A stretch of 64,000 bases of DNA from the human T2T-CHM13v2.0 reference genome, Homo sapiens, in NCBI RefSeq assembly GCF_009914755.1, contig NC_060947.1; one strand, written 5' to 3'. Under the pieces are notes generated by a model. The model did no database searches. It was given only the letters and a program-made list of their open reading frames with translations, and was not told the origin of the DNA. This document shows, piece by piece, positions 55,479 to 64,000 of this stretch. The translations under genes and the position numbers were made by a program. Position 1 is the stretch's first letter. Each line of letters opens with the position of its first letter.

Positions 55479-57797
55479 CTCATGAGAATTGGATATTGCA
55501 AATCACAGACCCAGGCAAGTAAATGCCAGAGAGAAGCCACAATTCCCTGGGTTGAAAGAGCCAAGGAGGTCTCAATCTCATAAGGCCTTAGTCCATTCAG
55601 AAACCAACTGACTCTCCCACTACCTGTATTTTACCCTTTCCCAAACCAACTCCAGGAAGGCATCAGGAAGTTTTCAGATCAATGTTATCCTCTGCTTGCA
55701 TTTACCTGTGCTGCATGGCAAAAGGCTGCTTTATGTTACTTATCTGAGTCATGACTGAAATGTCAGTGCAAAATTAAATTGATAAAGATTGAAAAGAGAA
55801 TAACTTAGATTAGTGTTCATCATCTTTGTGTCTCTTGTTTCATGCATCCTTTACCTTGACTCTGCGGAGCTCTTACTGATTTTGAACATAGATGAATTTG
55901 ATTTTGTCCAGAATTAAAAAATCAAACAGTCATAGAGTATAGCTACTTGTTCAGACTGTTTTTAATTTTTATTTTTATTTAAAATGTTCACTATATTGCC
56001 AAATAGTAATTACTTTATTAAGCCCACTTATGGATTCATTTTATTTTTTTGGTGAAGCAAACTAAAGGTTAAAAGTGAACATAAGACAATTTCTACATTA
56101 AGTAGCATAATTATTCATTAGATCTTAAAATTAAAGCTACTGCTAATGTAACCTTTAGGATATGAAGCTAGGCTTTAGAATTATGTTTGTGTGTTGATAC
56201 ACACACACTCAATGGGGACTATTCATTTCACAAACCAAATATATGTTATTTCTATTCTTGTTGGAATTTAGTTTTAAAAAAAATTTTTTTTCTGATTTCC
56301 AAAGAAATGCATGTTCACCATAGAAAATTTAAAGAATACAAACAGGAATTAAAAGACTACCTATATAAAATTATATGTATGATATATTCACACACATATA
56401 GGTAAAAGCATTTTGTAATTTACTTTGTAGAAATTTCTATGTCAAATTTTAACACAAAACATTATATCAAAACTACCAATATGTTATAACCTAATAAAAG
56501 AGCTGCCAGTAATTTAAGTTCTTACATAGTAAGTTACCTAATATTATGAAATATACACGACTCCTTTTTACATATTTTGTTTCCAGACATCAATAACCTA
56601 GACTCATGAATATCATTTTTGCACATAATAGTTATGGATAGGAGACTAAAGATTGTATTAGATGTTGGTGTTTGATTATTTACTAGGCTTTGTCACCACT
56701 GAAATGACTTCTCACCCACTGTTTTTAACAACCTTGCTGGTGGAATTTGTGTCCTAATAAATTTATAAATTATGACATGCCAGGGGCCTCAATACTAGAA
56801 ACATTAAATGCATGAATGGCGAGGATGTCTATAAAGTAATAGGATATATTTTTTAACACATCTGTCAGTACTCATACTTTCAAGCAAGTGTTTTCGTCAA
56901 CATAGGTTAAGAGCTTACCAACTGTTTCCATAATTGATGAATGTGTTTCCATGAATCTATTTATTCATCAATATCAACTGAGAGTACTCTGTGTCTTGGC
57001 ATTTTCATAGGCACTGTGGACATAATAATGAATGACACAGGTAGTCCGCAGTCTAAGGACGGGGGCAGATGATAGCCTTTGCAATACAGGAACTAAGCTG
57101 TAAGTGGAAGGTGGTACAAGACAATGTGGGATCTTACCCACTCCAGTCCCAGGGGTCGGGTCACATGTGAAAACAACATGATTCCTATGCTCAGTCTTGG
57201 CCATTGGAATTCCAGGGCATGGCTGAACAGTTGAGAAGGTACCTTAATCAGGATTGTATCATAGTCCCAGAAAAAGGAGAGAGCTGTTTTGGAATTGCCT
57301 TCAAAGGTTTAGGGTATTTTGTTGAATAGCCTATAGGGAAGTAAATGATAACATTTGATGTAATTTGTATTCTTTTTCTCTAAGCTAAAGTCTAACGTAA
57401 TACCGGCTGCTAGGTCAGTGTAGTATTAGTCACACTGACCTTTTAATAGCTCCAGGGTTTTAACAGAGGGACAGGCATGCAGTAGATGCTCAATGGATGC
57501 TTATCAATAACTGACTACAAGACAGCTAACAAAATGATTGAAGCACAACTGGAAAATTCTAGTCTAAAACCAGATAGATGTGAGTGCTGAGACAGATTTG
57601 CTTGTATAGCTTGCTAGTTGATTATATTGCTTCCAGGAACTCTCCTGCAGTAAGAGACTCATTTGAACAAGTTAGGGCAGGTTGCCAATCCGAGTATTGG
57701 CAGCCTGAATATGCCTTGACTATTCAAGTTGAGTACTTCGACGAGGGCTATAAGCATTTGGATTTTAACGTTCTGATACACTTTAAATCAAACAATT

Positions 57798-57927
57798 AAA
57801 TATACCTGTATGTAAATATATGTATGTAAATATATGTATGTAAACATGTGTGTAAATATATGTATGTAAATATATGTAAATATATGTATGCAAATATATG
57901 TATGTAAATATATGTGTATGTAAATAT

Positions 57928-57982
<55 letters not shown>
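57798..57982. repeat. 14-bp (TATGTAAATATATG)n repeat merging into (TA)n
   Basis: Directly visible tandem units followed by >20 TA dinucleotides. Confidence 0.95.
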
Positions 57983-57985
<3 letters not shown>

Positions 57986-58190
57986 CACTTTAAAATTACT
58001 CAGTTTGCAAGTGTGTTGATACCTTTACATATGTACACACATTCACAGACTGCAGGTTTAATTGATGTGACTTAAGTCAGCATTTGCTTTTCTTGATTCA
58101 TGCAGATTACCTGGTTCAAATCCAGACTCTACCGTCTATGGCTATGTTACCTTGGGAAGGTTACTTAACCTCTCTGTGCCTCAGTTTCTT

Positions 58191-60673
58191 TCTTTTCAAA
58201 ATTTTTTTTATTTTCAATTTTTGTGGGTACATAGTAGGCATATATATTTATGGGGTACCTGAGATGTTTTCATACAGGCATGTAATGTGTAATAAGTACA
58301 CCAGGAAAAATGGGGTATCCATCCCCTCAAGCACTTATCCATTGAGTTGCAAACAATCCAATTACACTCTTTATTTTAAAACGTATGGTTATTATTGACT
58401 GTAGTCACCCTCTTGTGCCATCAAATATTAGGTCTTATTCATTATCTTGTTTTGTACCCATTAACTACCCCCACCTATCTCCCACCCCACCCCCGCTAAT
58501 CTTCCCAGCCTCTGGTAACCGTCCTTCTACTCTCTATCTCCATGAATTCAATTGCTTTGATTTTTAGATCCACAAATAAGTGAGAACATGTGATGTTTCT
58601 GTGCCTGACTTATTTCACTTAATATAATTATCTCCATTTCCATCCATGTTGTTGCATATAACTGGATCTCATTCTTTTTTATGGCTGAACAGTACTCCAT
58701 TGTGTATATGTACCACATTTTCTTTATCCATTCATCGGTTGGTGTTGGTGGACACTTAGGTACTTCCAAATGTTAGGTATTGTAAATAGTGCTGCAACAT
58801 ACATGGGAGTGCAGATATGTTTTTGATATACTGATTTCCTTTCTTTTGGGTATATACCCAGTAGTGGGATTGCTGGATCATGCAGTAGCCCAAATTTTAG
58901 TTTTTTTAGAAACCTCCGAACTGTTCCTCATAGTGGTGGTGCTAATTTACATTCCTGCCGATAGTGTACAAGCGTTCCCTTTTCTCCACATCCTCACCAG
59001 CATTTCTTATTGCCTGTTTTTTGGATATAAGCTATTTTAATTGGTGTGAGATGATATCTAATTGTAGTTTTAATTTGCATTTCTCTGATGATCAGTGATG
59101 TTGAGCACCTTTTCATATGCCTGTTTGCCATTTGTATATCTTCTTTTGGGAAATGTCTATTTGAATTTTTTGCCCACCTTTTGATTGGATTATTAGATTT
59201 TTTTTCTAGAGAGTTATTTGAGCTCCTTATCTATTCTGGTTATTAATCTATTGTCAGATGGATAGTTTGCAGGTATTTTCTCCCATTCTGTGGGTTGTCT
59301 CTTCACTTTGTTGATTGTATCCTTTGCTATGCAGAAGGTTTTAAACTTGATGTGGTCCCATTTGTTCATTTTTGCTTTTTTGCCTGTGCTTGTGGGGTAT
59401 TGCTCAAAAAATTTTTGCCCAGACCATTGTCCTGGAGACAATTCCTCAACGTTTTCTTGTAGTAGTTTCACGATTTGAGGTCTTAGGTTTAAGTGTTTAA
59501 TCCATTTTGATTTGATTTTTATATATGGTGAGAGATAGGGATCTAGTTTTATTCTTCTAAATATGGATATCCAGTTTTCCCAGCAACATTTATTGAAGAG
59601 ACTGTCTTTTCCCCAGTGTATATGCTTGGCACCTTTGTCAAAAATGAGTTCACTCTAGGTGTATGGATTTGTTTCTGGGTTCTCTATTCTGTTCCACTGG
59701 TCTGTGTGTCTGCTTTTATGCCAGTACCATGCTGTTTGGGTTACCATAGCTGTGTAGTATAATTTGAAGTCAAGTAATGTGATTCCTCCAGCTTTGTTCT
59801 TTTTGCTTACTATAGCTTTGGCTATGCTGGGTCTTTTGTGGTTCCATATAAATTGTAGGATTGTTTTTTCTATTTTTGAGAAGAATGTCATTGGCATATT
59901 GGTAGGAATTGCACTGAATCTGTAGGTTGCTTTGGGTAGTATGGACTTCTTAACAATATTGATTCTTCCAACCCGTATACATGGAATATTTTTCCATTTT
60001 TTCGTGTCCTGTTCAGTTTCTTTCATCAGTGTTTTATAGTTTTTATTACAGAGATCTTTCACTTCTTTCATTAATTCCTAGGTATTATATTTTATGTGTG
60101 GCTATTTTAAATTGGATTACTTCTTAAATTTCTTTTTCGCCTTGTTCACTGTTGGCATATAGAAATGCTACTGAGTTTTGTAGGTTGATTTTGTATCCTG
60201 CAACTTTACTGAATTTGTTTATCAGTTCTAATAGTTCTTTTGTACAGTCTTTAGGTTTTTCTAAATATAAGTTTATATCATCTGCAAATAAGGATAATTT
60301 GACATCTTCCTTTCCAATTTGGATGCCCATTGTATCTTTCTCTTGTCTGATTGCTCTAGCTAGGACTTCCAGTATTATGTTGAATTAACGGTTGTGACAG
60401 TGGTCTGATTTTCTTTTCTGCTGTAATAGAACAGCACTGAGTTAAGTGCTACTGCTGTGGGGCGTGGGGTGAGTGGCATTGGTGATTCAGGACTGTTTTT
60501 TTCTCTCTTTAGTGCCTCTTTCAGTGATATGAAGTTAAAACCAGGCCCTATGAGTGCTCATCTGATATTTAGTTCTTATGAAGGTGTTTTTTTCTGTGTA
60601 AATATTTGTTAACTTGGTGTCCTTGCTGGGGGACAATCTGTAGAGCTTTCTGTTCTGCCCTCTTGTTCTACCT
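58191..60673 (-). mobile_element. L1MA-type LINE: 5' terminus joined to 3' part of ORF2 and 3' UTR
   Basis: ORF2 remnants (SLFADD...YLEKP, WKNIPC..GRINIVK, WYWHK.RH.DQWNRIE); L1M-type 5' end at ~60400-60673; TSD cctcagtttctt at 58179-58190 and 61073-61084. Confidence 0.92.
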
Positions 60674-61066
60674 TGTGGAGTCCTGATAAGTAAGCAACAA
60701 CAAGGAAGGGGCTCCAGGTCGGGGAGGTTCCCAGATTGGGGAGGGCCCCTAGTGAGAGTGAGCAATGAATTTGTATTGAGAGACAGCCAATCACAAACAA
60801 CCCACTGACACAACTGCCTCCCTGCGCACATAACCCCAACAGCATGACCTCATTCCACCGGTAGCCCCCTCCAGCACAACCCTGTGAGACTTCCCTCCAC
60901 CCCCTGCCTCTTGGCAGACAGCCCCTTTTCTGCTGTGCTGCCTGTTGCACCCTTGCAATGTATTTTCATACTTTCTCTAATAAATCTGCCTTTCTTTACC
61001 TACAGCTGTCTTGGTAAATTCCTTTACCTCACGCAACACTGGCCCCAGCCTATTGCACCCGCGACG
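60674..61066 (+). mobile_element. ERV1-class solo LTR nested at the L1 5' end
   Basis: tgtggagtcctgataagtaagcaac..., internal ctctaataaatctgcc poly(A) signal; flanks tacct/tgcct. Confidence 0.75.
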
Positions 61067-62624
61067 TGCCTCCCTCAGTTTCTTAATCTATGGACTGTGG
61101 ATAATGATTATGCCTAAATTATAGAATGTTTATGAGGCTAAATGACCTAATATACGTAAGGAGCACGGGATACTATTTGTCAAGTGTTCAGAACAGTTGA
61201 ACTATTGTATTGTTATCCTAAATCATGACAAGATTAACATTAAAAACATTTAACTTAGTAGATCAGAGTAATCAATAAAATGTGTGTTAAGAGGATAATG
61301 ATTATACTTAAACTTTAAAATGTATCTAAGGCTAAATGAGTTAATATATGCAAAGAGTATAGACTACTGTTTGTCACACAGCAACTATTTTGTTAACCTT
61401 AAAAATATTTATATTAAAAACATTTAGATTACCAGATCAAACTAATATTTTGAAATACTTTACTATTTTTATTTAGCATGAAGCTTTTTGATTATCTTTA
61501 ATGTTTTAAATATGTTGAAAAATAAAAATTACTAAAACAAGAATGAAATTCAATGGTTAACATGAGCAGTAATTTAGAACACCTTTTCTCTCCCCAGATG
61601 AAAAATGTATCTTCAAGTAATCCAATTCCTTGGAACTAAATACATTTTGAAATTCTAATTCACTTTCCTATAATTTATAGATCTAACATTATTAAAATAT
61701 TCATATCTTTGAGCTAATGTGGCTTAACAAATTTAATTTGCAAAACAAAGATGACATGAAAAGAGCATGATCCATAATCACTTTTTTCCTAAGCCATATG
61801 TGGTAGGCACGCCATTAAAAAGACAAGCTAGTCAACCTTATAACTCCATAGAACTGTCAAAATAAATAAGCTATTAGAAAACCAGGAAAATAACAGAATT
61901 TTGGAACAAAGTGTTTCCCTAGAATTTTTTTTCATTATTTCTCAAATAAGCAGAGTACAACCTTGGATAGGGTTGTTTAAGATGTGTGGAGATGTTTGAG
62001 GCTGTTATTTTGCACCTGGGGGGCTTTTGACCACGGTGCAGTCTGAAACCTGTAAAGGGAAGTGGGAGTGGAGGAAGATTGGATAGGAAGATCCTCAGGT
62101 GTCATTGTGTCTCCGAGGAAGGTTCAGCCAGCCCAGGGGTCTCCAGTGCGAAAATCATTCATAGGGTAGCAACACAGAAGACAGAAATGAGCATACCCTA
62201 CTGTTTGGTCACCATACTCCACCTTGGCTAGGAGCTCCCACAAGAAGAGTGTGACTTCCACATAAACACAGCAGCTGATCTTGAGGCATTGCAGCTGGAG
62301 GCTACCAGCCAGCTGTAGTCCCTGAAGCTAGTAAATGACCTCTTTTCCAAAGGGAGCTTCTGGTGGCACATCTCCAAGGCTGCCAGTCACCTATGTTTCT
62401 AAATCCATTCGAGTATCTGTATAGAGTCTGTTCCTGTGCTATAAATGCCAAGGATTGCCAGAGTTCGGTATTGCTACATTTCTGGGTGTTTGTTTCTCTA
62501 CATTGTCTTACTTGAAGACTGTTCATGTGTGGTTTGTTTTATTTAAGAGTGTGTGGGAGGGGGGTAAAGACAAGCACAAAGGGCTTCATTGTAATTAAGC
62601 TTGTTTAGTTGAAGGGACACTTAT

Positions 62625-63304
<680 letters not shown>

Positions 63305-63323
63305 CTTATTCTGCCTATAATAC

Positions 63324-63691
63324 TGTCTTAGTCTGTTCAAACTGCTATAACAAAATACCATAAACTAGGTAGCTTATAAACAACAGAAATGTATTTTTTT
63401 TTTTTTTTTTGGAGCTTTGGAGGCTGGAAGTCCAAGATTAAGGAGCCAACAGATTTGGTGTCTGGTGAGGGCCTGTTGCTTGGTTCCGAGACAGCACTTT
63501 CTTGCTGTGTCCTCACATGGTAGATGGGGCAAGAGAGCTCTCTGAGGTCCCTTTTATAAGGACATTCATGCCATTTGTGAGGCCCAATCCTCATTACCTC
63601 ATCACCTCCCAAAGACCCCATCACCTTGGTAGTGAGGATTTCAACATAGGAATTTAGAAGGAGTAGGGACACAAACATTCAGACCATAGCA
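63324..63691 (-). mobile_element. MLT1A-type MaLR LTR
   Basis: tgtcttagtctgttcaaactgctataacaaaatacc...cagaccatagca. Confidence 0.87.
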
Positions 63692-64000
63692 AACAGGGAT
63701 TATATTATGAGTTCTAATAGTAGTAGTAATGATAGTAGTATGGTAATTACAGTGGTAAAAGGAAGGAGAAAGAGTGGAGGAAGAGTAGTAATAGCACTAA
63801 TAGCAGTGATTGTTAATATTTATTGGACATAGTACAAAGACATTTCATGTAATACCTCATGAAATACTGGCATCACTGTGAAGCAAGGATTAATATTATT
63901 GTGACTTTAGAGATAATGTTTAGGTTAAATGACTTGAACCAATCTATTGAGCTAATAAAGAGACAGAAGTAGAATTCAAACCCATACAGGAAGAGGGCCA

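Noticed and set aside
59214-60330. Reverse-transcriptase-like ORFs
   Set aside because: Frameshifted L1 ORF2 remnants, not a functional gene or novel RT system.

Overview
Human-type (primate) genomic DNA containing the complete PNPLA4 (GS2, patatin-like phospholipase/transacylase) gene on the minus strand. From established knowledge this gene lies at Xp22.31. Six coding exons (39574-39753, 35638-35732, 35347-35482, 25663-25728, 15628-15780, 14325-14456) are joined by GT-AG introns into an intact 762-nt ORF (253 aa; GASAG S43, DGG D163). A CpG-island promoter lies at ~40.6-41.5 kb, and the 3' UTR runs to ~12.5 or ~11.9 kb. The rest of the window is intronic or intergenic and dominated by Alu, L1, L2, MIR, MaLR/ERV LTRs and DNA-transposon fossils. 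No other protein-coding gene is supported and I found no new multi-gene system. The most interesting hand-read signals are: (1) a ~255-bp segment duplicated into introns 4 and 5, each copy carrying a candidate 22-nt stop-containing micro-exon; (2) a possible N-terminal extension/uORF exon with tandem acceptors; (3) an AATAAA overlapping the stop codon; (4) a 35-nt tailless U2 retrocopy; (5) a truncated AluYb8-type insertion inside an old Alu; (6) several local duplications, a ~47-bp minisatellite and a nested MIR/L1/LTR structure. Repeat subfamily names come from recalled consensus features, and repeat boundaries are approximate.
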